Virus record (IMG/VR): IMGVR_UViG_3300035182_002586
Location: 310,001 to 374,000 of that record
DNA length: 64,000 nucleotides
Strand: one strand, 5' to 3'
The notes below the pieces were generated by a model. It was not told the DNA's origin, made no database searches, and worked only from the letters and a program-made list of their open reading frames with translations. Positions 18,375 through 27,616 of this stretch are shown here, piece after piece (within the stretch, counting starts at the first letter, position 1; every line of letters starts with the position of its first letter). The translations under genes and the position numbers were made by a program.

Positions 18375-18640
18375 CGACGGGGCCTGCGTTCGACAACTTG
18401 CAGAAGGGGGTCCAGAGGAACGTTCTCGTATATCGTCCCTGCCTCCATGAGGGCGACGAGATCCTCGTCCTCGACGTAGTACAGGGGAGCGTTCGGGTGC
18501 AGACCAGGCGCCTTGTTCACGATGAGCTGCCCCAACCTGGAGTGTGGCTGCATCAACCAGATCTGGAGCAACTTCTCGATGATAGCGCGCTTCTGCTCGG
18601 GGGTTTCGGCGCGTCCATGGATCGGGCGGTCGGCAGGCAT
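18371..18640 (-). CDS. hypothetical protein
   Basis: RLGQLIVN...LYYVEDEDLV; GGTGTA 11 nt upstream. Confidence 0.7.
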   Translation of the reverse strand: MPADRPIHGRAETPEQKRAIIEKLLQIWLMQPHSRLGQLIVNKAPGLHPNAPLYYVEDEDLVALMEAGTIYENVPLDPLLQVVERRPRR

Positions 18641-18664
18641 GGGGTCGGATCTACACCGGGCACG

Positions 18665-19024
18665 TTAGAAGTTGTCATCCGTGCGGAGCCGGTCCCACAG
18701 AGTTGGCCGAAAGATGGCGCTCAGCGTGATCATGGGAGCTGGAGCCAAGGGTTCCATGTCGATCCGCAAGTTCGCGAGGGCGCTCGGATCGATGAAGGCG
18801 CCACGCTCCGTCAAAATGGGCAGGATCTCCCTCATCTGACGCTCGATCCGACGCTGGACATCGGACACGAGCGTCAGACGTGCCAGGAGCAGATCCTCCC
18901 TCGTGAGAAGATACCGCAGACGCCCCCACTCCTCGTGCACTTGACGCGCATCTGTGGCGGCCAGGAACCGTTGCACGGTCGAAGTGAGTGCGTTCAGAAG
19001 CTCTTCGGCGTCTTTGGGGTCCAC
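18665..19024 (-). CDS. hypothetical protein
   Basis: 119-aa ORF; GGTGTA 10 nt upstream. Confidence 0.65.
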   Translation of the reverse strand: MDPKDAEELLNALTSTVQRFLAATDARQVHEEWGRLRYLLTREDLLLARLTLVSDVQRRIERQMREILPILTERGAFIDPSALANLRIDMEPLAPAPMITLSAIFRPTLWDRLRTDDNF

Positions 19025-19042
19025 CCTACGGATCTACACCGC

Positions 19043-19573
19043 CTAGACGCTCCAATAGAAGGTGAGGAACAGCTCGAACTCAGGGTTGGTGATGCCGAGG
19101 TCGGCCGCGACCTGAGGGAGCCCCCGAATCGCACAGTCGAGTTCGGTGTGGGGGACGGAACAGACCGGGTTGCTGCCTTGGGCTTCTCCGGTCTGGCGCA
19201 TCAACTTGAACCCCACCGCGAGAGGGCCCGACGGGTCCCGGATGCTCGACTCCACAGCTCCTACATCGTGGATGCCAAGGTCACAGTAGTCCCGATCCAC
19301 GAACTCGTAGATGCCGCTCTCTCGCAAGTCTGCCCAGCAGTCCTCGGCGTTGTTGTAGCCCGCGATGCTCTTCGCGAACTTGCGGAACCGCGCGGAGAAG
19401 ACTTCCTTTGGCTTTTCGGTGAAGGGGCCACCACACGAGGGGCAGAACTTCTGCCCCTCGGATTCCGGTGTGTGACCCCTGCTGCACAGCATCTCCGTGC
19501 CCTTCTTCTCGAAGAACTGGTCCCGCGTCACGCGAAAACCGTAGACGACGTACGCACTTCCATCCGCGCCCAT
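19043..19573 (-). CDS. hypothetical protein with zinc-ribbon insert
   Basis: MGADGSAYVVYGF...LCSRGH...FCPSCGG; GGAGG upstream. Confidence 0.7.
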   Translation of the reverse strand: MGADGSAYVVYGFRVTRDQFFEKKGTEMLCSRGHTPESEGQKFCPSCGGPFTEKPKEVFSARFRKFAKSIAGYNNAEDCWADLRESGIYEFVDRDYCDLGIHDVGAVESSIRDPSGPLAVGFKLMRQTGEAQGSNPVCSVPHTELDCAIRGLPQVAADLGITNPEFELFLTFYWSV

Positions 19574-19596
19574 GCTGTGACCTCCGAGCGCGCCGG

Positions 19597-19613
19597 TACA
19601 CCACGTCGGTGTA
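19597..19613. promoter_or_regulatory. back-to-back GGTGTA motifs between divergent genes (also 23959-23974, 28777-28794, variant 30988-31005)
   Basis: TACACC-N4..6-GGTGTA; motifs mostly ~10-12 nt from a start codon. Confidence 0.6.
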
Positions 19614-19623
19614 TTCCTAGAGC

Positions 19624-20172
19624 ATGAGAGCCGCTCCGATGCTGCACCTGGTCCCCCTCCACGAGTCCCACCTGGACCACGTGATGACGTGGGTGAACGA
19701 CCACGAGGTGATGGCGTACTTCGCGGCACGCCAGAAGGACATCACGCGAGAGGAAGAGGCGGCGTACCTCAAGACGCTCATCGCGTCGAAGAACGACCGG
19801 GCGTTCTCGATCTTCGCCACGGACCGCAAGCTCTTCGCCGGGGACGATCTGAACCCCGGCACGTACGTCGGCCAGTGCTCGATCAACCAGATTCACTGGC
19901 CCTCCAAGAACGGCCGTCTCTTCCTCACGATCCGCAAGGAGATGCAGGGGCAGGGGTACGGGGCAGCCGCCATCGACGAACTCCTGACCCACCACGCCTT
20001 CAACCCCAAGCGACTCGGACTGCACAAGGTCTGGCTGATCGTCCAAGCGGAGAACCTGGCGGCGCAAGCGATGTACCTCAAAGCAGGCTTCGCGTTCGAG
20101 GGTCTGCTGAAAGACGAGTACCTCGTCGGAGACAAGTACTACGACATGGTGCGCATGGGCCGCATCGCCTGA
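19624..20172 (+). CDS. GNAT acetyltransferase, RimJ/RimL/SpeG-like
   Basis: MQGQGYGAAA acetyl-CoA motif, LGLHKVWLIVQAENLAA...YLKAGFAFEG...YDMVRMG. Confidence 0.9.
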   Translation: MRAAPMLHLVPLHESHLDHVMTWVNDHEVMAYFAARQKDITREEEAAYLKTLIASKNDRAFSIFATDRKLFAGDDLNPGTYVGQCSINQIHWPSKNGRLFLTIRKEMQGQGYGAAAIDELLTHHAFNPKRLGLHKVWLIVQAENLAAQAMYLKAGFAFEGLLKDEYLVGDKYYDMVRMGRIA

Positions 20173-20174
20173 TC

Positions 20175-21110
20175 ATGCCGCGCCTGCTCATCGACTGGCT
20201 CCACGATGGGGAACTCCCCATCTTCCGTGCCCCGGGTGCCGTGTACCACGTCCTGCCCTACGAGGGCGACGTGCCTAGCTGGCAGCCGACCTTCAACCTC
20301 AGGGAGAAGGTCATCGTCCCCCTACGTGAAGTCCTCATCCAAGACCTAGTGCCCTTGCTCCGGGCCCTGCTCGACGAAGCCCCGGAGGAGGCCCTCGTCA
20401 TCGTCACATTCCGCACGTACTGCGAAGAGTTCGAGTTCACGTGCATGGGTGTCGCTTCCATCGACCCCTGCCCAGAGGAGCTGGCCTCCGGCACCGAGGA
20501 GCGAGGACCGCCTCCCCTGTCTTGGCGGGTCGACCCCGCCTCGTGCGGAACGCCAGAAGAGCTGGCCCCGCTGGTCCTCGATACCATCCGTGGTCGTGGG
20601 GGCCGGAACGTCGCGCGTCTTCACCCGGTCACCCGCGAGATGTATCGACGGATGATCGCGAAGCGTGAGGACCACCAGCGACGCCTCGACTGGAGCAGGG
20701 AGAACCCGGACCACGAAGAGAACGCGTGGTTTGAGGCCATGGCTCAGGGGTTGATCGACAGGTTCGAGCAGAGCCGTCTCGCGCGCGTGGAGAAAGAGCG
20801 GCAGGAAGCCAGGGCCCGAAGCCTCCTCCTGGAAGTGCTCTCCCCGGCACAGGCAGCGTCCCTACAGGAACACGGACACTTCGAGGTGCGGGGGCGAGAC
20901 GGGCGGAACTACCGCATCAAGAACGGCTTCGCCCACAACGTGTTCCTGCTCGACGAGGCCGGCACTGCCAAGGTCGAGTACTGCATCATCACGCGGGACC
21001 CTACGCCCCTCTCGGATCACATGCTCGCGCAGAAGCTCCTCCTGGAGTCCTGCCCCGAGGTGTTTCACGAGATCGCGAACTTCCGCGACCTGACGGCTCC
21101 GAGCCCCTAG
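20175..21110 (+). CDS. hypothetical protein
   Basis: ORF from MPRLLIDW, 2 nt after the GNAT stop. Confidence 0.7.
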   Translation: MPRLLIDWLHDGELPIFRAPGAVYHVLPYEGDVPSWQPTFNLREKVIVPLREVLIQDLVPLLRALLDEAPEEALVIVTFRTYCEEFEFTCMGVASIDPCPEELASGTEERGPPPLSWRVDPASCGTPEELAPLVLDTIRGRGGRNVARLHPVTREMYRRMIAKREDHQRRLDWSRENPDHEENAWFEAMAQGLIDRFEQSRLARVEKERQEARARSLLLEVLSPAQAASLQEHGHFEVRGRDGRNYRIKNGFAHNVFLLDEAGTAKVEYCIITRDPTPLSDHMLAQKLLLESCPEVFHEIANFRDLTAPSP

Positions 21111-21394
21111 TGCGCCTGCGCCTTCCGGCGGGACACCTTCTTGGTGACCTTGCGCTCCCGGGCGCGCTTCTCCCGGTGCTCGTTGCCGACCAGGTGGCCG
21201 ATGACGTGCGCCGTCCCGTTCGTCTGGTCGAGGATCTTCCTCCAGCGAGCGTCGACCTCCACGAAGCGCTGAACCCTTGGGTTGCGCAGGAGGCGGTCTC
21301 GCTCTTTCAGCAGCTCGACCCCCTCCTCGAAGAGGTCGGCGAAGCGGTCCACGGCCTCTTCGACGGCCACGGTCCGACCGGTCTTGCGGGCCAT
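21107..21394 (-). CDS. small basic hypothetical protein
   Basis: MARKTGRT..., start overlaps the upstream stop. Confidence 0.6.
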   Translation of the reverse strand: MARKTGRTVAVEEAVDRFADLFEEGVELLKERDRLLRNPRVQRFVEVDARWRKILDQTNGTAHVIGHLVGNEHREKRARERKVTKKVSRRKAQAH

Positions 21395-22074
21395 CAACCC
21401 TCCTCGCTGCGCTTGTAGCCTTCCACGTCGAACAGCTCGAAGGGCTCGCCGCCGTAGATGCGCTTCTTGCCAACGTCCTGGTCGAAGTTGTAGGGGCGGT
21501 GTTCGTACTGGAGTTCGTCGGCCTCGCCCTCTTCGCTGGGAGGCTGTTCGACGAGTCCCGTGGCAGCGAGGAACGCTGCCTGCTCCGTCTTGTTCATCTC
21601 GCCGTAGCGGACGACCCAAGGGTTCTCGTTCGCCGAGCAGAGGTTGAAGCACGCGCCACGGTGCGTCTCGTCCTTCGCCACCTCGTCGAGGAGCTTCGCC
21701 ACCCCGAGCATCGTCTCGGCCACTTGGGTCCGCTCAGTGCGCCACGGCTTGGACGGATCCATTTCAATCCACGAGTGCTCCTCGTAGAAGCTACGCAGCG
21801 CGGCCGCCAACGCACCGAGGTTCTCGCGCGCCACCCACACGCGGTCGTAGGTCGAGCCGAGGACCAGGTTGTCCCTCTCGGAGAGCTTCCCGGAGTTGAA
21901 GAGAGGCCAGAACTTGGCTAGCTTCGCCTTGTCGTTCCACGGGAAGTCGCCGAACCCGGTCTTCTTGGCGATCACGTCCCACGCATGGGGAGCGTAGGCG
22001 TGGTTGTTCCGGGCAGCGCCCACGTAGACCACATCCCCCTGCTTGTTGATGGCGTAGACCGAGCTGTAACTCAT
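21394..22074 (-). CDS. hypothetical protein
   Basis: MSYSSVYAINKQGDV...; GGTGTA 9 nt upstream. Confidence 0.75.
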   Translation of the reverse strand: MSYSSVYAINKQGDVVYVGAARNNHAYAPHAWDVIAKKTGFGDFPWNDKAKLAKFWPLFNSGKLSERDNLVLGSTYDRVWVARENLGALAAALRSFYEEHSWIEMDPSKPWRTERTQVAETMLGVAKLLDEVAKDETHRGACFNLCSANENPWVVRYGEMNKTEQAAFLAATGLVEQPPSEEGEADELQYEHRPYNFDQDVGKKRIYGGEPFELFDVEGYKRSEEG

Positions 22075-22155
22075 GCCCTCTAATACACCTCGGCCCGCAG
22101 ACCGACCCATCCGAAGATGGGGGTTGCGGGCCGAGAGGCGCTTGAGCGCGGTGGG

Positions 22156-22965
22156 TCACTCGTCGTCGTGGAGCTTGAGGTAGCGCTCGATGGCCGGCGT
22201 CACCTTCTTGCGCTTCCAGTTGTCGAAGGACTTCATCGCGAGGTCCCCCGTGAACTGCTTGGCGAACCCGGGCAGCAGGCCCTTGTTGATGATGTCCTTC
22301 GCCGTCAGACCTTCCGAGGTCATGTGGAAGAACTGCGGCAGGTCCGGGTGGATCGTCTTGAGGAACTCCATGAACTTGTGGAGCTGCTCGGCCGTCATGG
22401 CCTGATCCATCTTCTTGAAGGCGTTCGGATCCTCCGGGTCGATCTGAACGAAGTGCCCCTCGTCGTCCTCGTGCCCGCCGGGCCCGTGGTACTTCTGACG
22501 GCGCTTGTTCTTCGCCATCTTGTTGAGGGCGAACTTCTTGAGCCCATCGAGCACGTAGCTCTCGGCCTGATGGACGTTATAGCTGCCCGAGAAGCTGTGC
22601 CCGTGGAGCAGTTCGAGCTGGTAGTCGCTCAGCGTGTCGTGCACGTCGGGCGTCTTGAACCCGAGGGCGTAGAGCATCTTGGCGGCTCGATCCCCGAGCG
22701 TGGCTCCGTACCCGTGGGGAAGCTTGTTCATGAGACGCGGGCTCGACGTGTCGAACTCCGCAGCCGGGGTCCCGTGGATGTCGGGCATGTTCTTGACGCC
22801 CGCGCGGAGGAACTCGGCGTAGACGAGAAGACCGAACGCCTGCGCGACGGAATCCGTCGCGAGACGCATGAAGCCGAGCATCAGGCGGTAGCCCCTCGGC
22901 ATGGAGGCACCGATGCGGCGCTGGAGGTCGAGGGCGGCCGAGGCAAGGCGGCGCTGAAGGCTCAT
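22156..22965 (-). CDS. ECF sigma-factor-like protein with N-terminal extension
   Basis: Region 2-like DVHDTLSDYQLELL...ESYVLDGLKKFALNKMAKNKRR and region 4-like FFHMTSEGLTAKDI...NWKRKKV; recognised by pattern only. Confidence 0.5.
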   Translation of the reverse strand: MSLQRRLASAALDLQRRIGASMPRGYRLMLGFMRLATDSVAQAFGLLVYAEFLRAGVKNMPDIHGTPAAEFDTSSPRLMNKLPHGYGATLGDRAAKMLYALGFKTPDVHDTLSDYQLELLHGHSFSGSYNVHQAESYVLDGLKKFALNKMAKNKRRQKYHGPGGHEDDEGHFVQIDPEDPNAFKKMDQAMTAEQLHKFMEFLKTIHPDLPQFFHMTSEGLTAKDIINKGLLPGFAKQFTGDLAMKSFDNWKRKKVTPAIERYLKLHDDE

Positions 22966-22978
22966 GCCGTGCCTTTCC

Positions 22979-22984
22979 GATAAA
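22979..22984 (-). promoter_or_regulatory. CTTRTC/TTTATC motif upstream of late-type genes (also 43731, 40282, 36315, 1041, 55360; plus strand 25679, 27597)
   Basis: 13-14 nt before the start in five cases; longer spacing where an SD-like sequence is present. Confidence 0.5.
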
Positions 22985-23006
22985 AGGCGTATCAGCCGGG
23001 ACCCCA

Positions 23007-23246
23007 TTACTGCGCGGCTTCGTCGGAATACACCTCGTCTTCGACGAGCTTCGCGGGCACACCCCCCTTTTTCGGCCGTTTCGCGTACTGCGAAGGCCGG
23101 AAGAGGAAATCCGCCGCTGTGTCCAGAATGACGCTCGCCGGCACGTCTCGCTCCAGGGCCACCCCGTCGGCGTTCTTCCCGACGACAATCCACCCCCGGC
23201 GGAGGAGGACCTGTGCCGCCTTGAGGTTCTTGACCCTGATCTGCAT
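23007..23246 (-). CDS. hypothetical protein
   Basis: 79 aa; GGTGTA 10 nt upstream. Confidence 0.6.
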   Translation of the reverse strand: MQIRVKNLKAAQVLLRRGWIVVGKNADGVALERDVPASVILDTAADFLFRPSQYAKRPKKGGVPAKLVEDEVYSDEAAQ

Positions 23247-23255
23247 ACCTGGGGG

Positions 23256-23948
23256 TTACACCGGGAAAAGCGCGTCGACGAACGGTTCGTGATCCCCGTG
23301 GAGACAGCGCACGTACAGAGAGTTCGAGAGAGCCAGGGCTCGTGTGCTCTGGATGGTTCGTACCACCTGGTCCCCCTTCCACCCCGTCACCAGGTGGAGA
23401 GCCGTACCGAGCACCAGGCCCGATCGATTGTGCCCAAACTCACAGGTGACCAGCACGGTCTTGCCCGCCTCGACCAACGCGGCTGCACGTCGTGCCGCCG
23501 ACACAACGAAGCCGAGGTCCCCCGAACGAAACCCCTCGTCCGTATCCAAGAAGGGTGCGCGGATGACTTCGACGCCCGGGAACTCCTCGTTGCGAGGCTG
23601 GTACTGCTCGGCACAGAGCACGACCGCGTGAAAACCCGCCTCCCACAACGCGGGCCCAATCGGAGGACGGCCTCCCTGCCAGAGGCGTGGATGGATCTCT
23701 GTTGCGTCGATGGACGTTCGGGTCTCGACCAAGGTGCTCGTGCAGAGCCAGTGGTCCTTCAAGTCGGGCTCCAGGATATACAGCGCCCCACCCTGCGTGT
23801 GAGCCCGGGCTTGCTCCCAGCCCATCGCGGTCACCCGTGCCCGCTCCCCCGCAATGAGCACCTCGTCCCCTGCCGCCAAGTCCCCACGAAGAGCCGGTTC
23901 TCGGCCTCCATCCTGACGGATTCGAGCCACAGAAAGCGCACGGAGCAT
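23256..23948 (-). CDS. dual-specificity/tyrosine phosphatase-family protein
   Basis: VLVTCEFGHNRSG = CX5R P-loop; AVVLCAE...PFLD...IQSTRALALSN. Confidence 0.85.
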   Translation of the reverse strand: MLRALSVARIRQDGGREPALRGDLAAGDEVLIAGERARVTAMGWEQARAHTQGGALYILEPDLKDHWLCTSTLVETRTSIDATEIHPRLWQGGRPPIGPALWEAGFHAVVLCAEQYQPRNEEFPGVEVIRAPFLDTDEGFRSGDLGFVVSAARRAAALVEAGKTVLVTCEFGHNRSGLVLGTALHLVTGWKGDQVVRTIQSTRALALSNSLYVRCLHGDHEPFVDALFPV

Positions 23949-23986
23949 GGGCCGAGACTACACCAGCCGGTGTACCGGCGCGCCCG

Positions 23987-24364
23987 ATGACCCGCATCTT
24001 CCACGCCGTTCTCACCAAGAGACTGCACGTCACCGTCGCCGGAGAGTCCCTCGAAGAGGTCGAAGGGGCCCTGCGTAAGGCCGAGAAGGAAGATGAGATC
24101 GAGGACCTCCAGAAGACCGGGTGGTCCATCGAGGTCGACGACCCCATCGCGAACACGCTTCGGAGGACCACCGCCCGACCGGACGCCGTACCTACCACCT
24201 TCGACCCGCCGGACCACGGTGTTGTGAACGGCTACTGCGTCCCCCTCGGGGCGTACGTGAGGCAGAAGCCTGACTACCTGACCGAGGTGGAGAAGGACGC
24301 GCACGAGGCCGCACAGCAGCTCCACGCCAGGGTCCACAACGCAAAGCTGCCGGGGATCAAGTAG
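23987..24364 (+). CDS. hypothetical protein
   Basis: 125 aa, high GC3; GGTGTA 12 nt upstream. Confidence 0.65.
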   Translation: MTRIFHAVLTKRLHVTVAGESLEEVEGALRKAEKEDEIEDLQKTGWSIEVDDPIANTLRRTTARPDAVPTTFDPPDHGVVNGYCVPLGAYVRQKPDYLTEVEKDAHEAAQQLHARVHNAKLPGIK

Positions 24365-24366
24365 GG

Positions 24367-25077
24367 CTACTTCTCCCTCTTGTTCGCGTTGATCGCCGCC
24401 TGGATCGCCTGGTAGCGCTTGCGCGAGATGTCAGCGAGCTTCTCGATCGACCGGGACCTGACCGGTTTGTTGCACCACGCGGTCAGGTCCGCCGGGTGCT
24501 TCTTGTCGTCCCCGAAGTGCACATAGTGGTGGGGGACCGAGAGGAGCTGCGTGACCAACGCCTTCGAGTGCGTGACCACGAAGACCCCCTTGGTCATCTC
24601 CGGGAGGCTCTGCGAGAACTCTGCGATGGCCACCCCCACCCCGGCCGCCCATGAGTCCGAGAGCCCGAGGTCCGGCTCGTCCCAAAACACCATGTGTGGG
24701 TTCTTGCGGTTCCGACACGTGGCGATGCCAGTGGTCACGGTGCGCGCCGAGACCTGACCGGTCGACTCGAAGCCCTCGTCCCCGTAGATGAAGGCGTTCG
24801 CCATCCCGCCACCGGTGCGGCCCTGCATCGAGACCGCCATCGGCTCGATCCTCGGTTCCACCTCACGGCAGATCTGCGAGATGATTCGCCGGGCTACGCT
24901 CTTGCCAGAGGCGTTGTCCCCCACGAGGATGACGAGGTTCGACTCCGACTTCGCGGGGATCCACAGGTGGGGGACCGGGACTTTCCCGTCCGCCTGCGGG
25001 TGGAACATCACGAACTCGTCGAAGAGGATCTTGAGGATGTCCCCCGCCCCCTTGGCTTTCCACTTGCGGTCGCTCAT
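24367..25077 (-). CDS. stand-alone ABC-type ATPase domain protein
   Basis: GDNASGKS Walker A, VFWDEPDLGLS Walker B/D-loop, VVTHS H-loop. Confidence 0.8.
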   Translation of the reverse strand: MSDRKWKAKGAGDILKILFDEFVMFHPQADGKVPVPHLWIPAKSESNLVILVGDNASGKSVARRIISQICREVEPRIEPMAVSMQGRTGGGMANAFIYGDEGFESTGQVSARTVTTGIATCRNRKNPHMVFWDEPDLGLSDSWAAGVGVAIAEFSQSLPEMTKGVFVVTHSKALVTQLLSVPHHYVHFGDDKKHPADLTAWCNKPVRSRSIEKLADISRKRYQAIQAAINANKREK

Positions 25078-25158
25078 CTCCCCCTACTACTTCGTGGCGG
25101 GCCGCTGATCCATCGAAGGCTTCGCCTTGGCCGGCTGCCCTTCGAGCTTGCGCTTCTC

Positions 25159-25671
25159 CAATACGAGTCGACCTGCTCGAAGTGTCGACACCGCTGGCAG
25201 TGGACCGGCTACAAGACCGGGCTCGGCAAGACGGCCGCGCAGCTCGAAGAGATGCGTACGGCGGGCAAGACCTGCCCCCGCTGCGGTGGACCTGCGACGG
25301 TCGGCCTCGACAACACGAGCGAAGGGGCACAGGCGTTGAACGGTACGCTCGGGAGTCTCTTTGGCGCGCTCGTTCAGAAGCCCGCCCCGTCGCACGGCCT
25401 CCCCCCTCCCCCCTCCGCTTTCTCCACGGCGGAGCCTGTGGTCTTTCCACCCTCGCCATCGCCGCCCTCCCCGACGACGGAGATGTTTCACAGCGGTAGG
25501 CTAGCGCTGGAGACGTTCCACGCCGTCCAAGCCGCCCTCCTGAACTCGGAGTGCAGCCCCCGCGAGGCTGTCGCCGCCGCCCTCAAGGCCGTCGCGCAGT
25601 TCGCCGATGCCGAATCCGTCCTCGGATTCACCGACCTCGCCCGTACGGCGTGGGTGCACAAGGACGGCTGA
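25159..25671 (+). CDS. CxxC/CxxC protein with no identifiable start codon (possibly 5'-truncated)
   Basis: QYESTCSKCRHRWQWTGYKTGLGK...TCPRCGG with high GC3; upstream in-frame sequence looks like antisense shadow. Confidence 0.5.
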   Translation, partial: QYESTCSKCRHRWQWTGYKTGLGKTAAQLEEMRTAGKTCPRCGGPATVGLDNTSEGAQALNGTLGSLFGALVQKPAPSHGLPPPPSAFSTAEPVVFPPSPSPPSPTTEMFHSGRLALETFHAVQAALLNSECSPREAVAAALKAVAQFADAESVLGFTDLARTAWVHKDG

Positions 25672-25697
25672 AAAGCCTCTTGTGCGGCGGGCCGTGT

Positions 25698-27029
25698 ATG
25701 AGCCCGCCCCCGGTTGCCCCCATGCCGATCCGCGTCCTCGACCGCTACGCGGCCGAGACGAAACTCGCGGAAGACCTGACAAAGGGGTGGCTCCTCAAGG
25801 TCAAGAAGCTCTGGAACGACACCCTCAAGAACAACTGGTCGGCCTACAAGACGTTCCAAACACTGGAATACCTGGTGAAGGGCCTCCGTGAGCAGGTGGT
25901 CTTCCAGCGCCAGGGGTACAACACCAAGCACGACTTCTTCGCCCTCCGTCGGAAGATGGAAGCCGCTGTCGAGAAGGTGCTGCACGAGATCCAGGTCAAG
26001 AGCGCCGAGTACGAGAAGCTCAACAACGAGCACACGCACGCTTCGTACGCCGTGCAGGACGCTCGCCTCAAGATCGAGGACGAGACCGGGGACCGCCTCC
26101 AGAAGTTGGGGCCCGAGGAGTACTTCGCGAAGCACCCCGAGGTGAAGCCGCTCAAGGAGAAAGAGGACGCCCTCTACGACCGCCTCAAACCGTTCTCGTA
26201 CGGGCACCTCGTCAAGACACTCGCCCCCGTCACGCGCCACTTCGACGAGCTGATGAAGATCCTCTACGAGGACGCGGCCGACCTCGCCGATGCTCGTAGC
26301 AAGGGTGTAGATGTCGCGGACAAGACCGCGGATCGGGTCTTCGACATCTACGGGATGAAGGTCATCGTCATCGACCCCGAGCTGACGGCCACCGACGTCC
26401 GCAAGTACATCGGCTTCATCGACCAAGCCTATGCAGAGCTGTCGAGGAAGAAGCTGACGCAGGCCGTCTGGAAGGGAAAGTGCTTCATCGACCTCGGGAA
26501 GAATAAGGTCTACACCCCCGAGGAGATGGAGTTCCGCAAGCAGTGGGGGTACACGAACGACGGGGAGGCCGCCCACTACCTATACGGGAAGGACGAGATC
26601 CACCTCACGATGCCGGCGACGAACCACGTTGCCTACACGATCGTGCACGAGATGGGGCACCGCTACTGGTTCAAGGTCATGACCCCCGAGCAGCGGGCCG
26701 TCTTCAACAACCTCGTCCGCACGAAAGAGACCGTGCACAAGCGGGACTTCCCGCAGGGCCCGACGGACGACGAGGGGTACAAGAAGCCCGTGGCGCCGCT
26801 GAACGACTACGCCTCCTCCAACATCGAGGAGGCGTTCGCCGAGGTCTTCGAGGCGTTCGTGATGGGCGGGGAACTCGACCGGGACCAGTTGGAGTCGTTC
26901 AAGAGCGTCCTCCAGCACAAGTTCGCGAGCATCACCGCTCGCGTCCTGGCCCGCTACTTGGCCGCCGGTTCGACGTTCGCGTGCGTCGACCAGAACCACG
27001 CGGACTCCGCCCACTCCTCGGGCGTGTAG
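25698..27029 (+). CDS. zincin-like (HEXXH) metallopeptidase-domain protein
   Basis: IVHEMGHRYWF and downstream DYASSNIEEAFAEVF. Confidence 0.75.
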   Translation: MSPPPVAPMPIRVLDRYAAETKLAEDLTKGWLLKVKKLWNDTLKNNWSAYKTFQTLEYLVKGLREQVVFQRQGYNTKHDFFALRRKMEAAVEKVLHEIQVKSAEYEKLNNEHTHASYAVQDARLKIEDETGDRLQKLGPEEYFAKHPEVKPLKEKEDALYDRLKPFSYGHLVKTLAPVTRHFDELMKILYEDAADLADARSKGVDVADKTADRVFDIYGMKVIVIDPELTATDVRKYIGFIDQAYAELSRKKLTQAVWKGKCFIDLGKNKVYTPEEMEFRKQWGYTNDGEAAHYLYGKDEIHLTMPATNHVAYTIVHEMGHRYWFKVMTPEQRAVFNNLVRTKETVHKRDFPQGPTDDEGYKKPVAPLNDYASSNIEEAFAEVFEAFVMGGELDRDQLESFKSVLQHKFASITARVLARYLAAGSTFACVDQNHADSAHSSGV

Positions 27030-27541
27030 AGCCGCTGGAACGTCCCGCCAGTCTTCTGGAGCTGGTTACGCGCCATCGTCGTCGGGTCCATCGGGATGGG
27101 CCCGTCGTACGGACTCGCGTTGATCGAGACGACCTCCCAGTCCGCATCCGTCGAGGCGTCGGAACCGAGCGCGTCCCGGTGGTAGAGGATGATCTCCACG
27201 TGCTTCGCCGGGACCTTCACCCCCGTCATCACCGTACGCAGTACGGCCTCTTCCCCGGGGGCACGAGGCGCGAACGTGGTCCGAACCACGTCGCCCTCCT
27301 GGAGGGGGCGCACAGCCGTCCAGAAGCCCTCCACGGGCACCGAGACACGGAGGATGGTCCGCTCCTTGTTCACGGGGATCGCCTTCCCTAAGTGCTCTCG
27401 CACGAGCAGGAGAAGGTCGTAGTCCGTCTCGTCAGGTGTGGGGCCGGTGAAGTGGGCGAAGCTCGACTCCGGGGTCTGGCGACGCGCGAAGCCGATCTCG
27501 AACGAGGCGCCCATGCCGGGGGGACAGTTCATCATGCTCAT
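26954..27541 (-). CDS. DUF3228-like protein
   Basis: VEIILYHRDAL...DADWEVVSINA...PMDPTTMARN...GGT...AWFWSTHA pattern. Confidence 0.6.
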   Translation of the reverse strand: MSMMNCPPGMGASFEIGFARRQTPESSFAHFTGPTPDETDYDLLLLVREHLGKAIPVNKERTILRVSVPVEGFWTAVRPLQEGDVVRTTFAPRAPGEEAVLRTVMTGVKVPAKHVEIILYHRDALGSDASTDADWEVVSINASPYDGPIPMDPTTMARNQLQKTGGTFQRLYTPEEWAESAWFWSTHANVEPAAK

Positions 27542-27616
27542 GGCCCTAGAGACGCGTGAGGAATGCGCTGTCTGACACTACACCGAGCAGAACCCTCTTG
27601 TCCGCCACCCCTGGTG

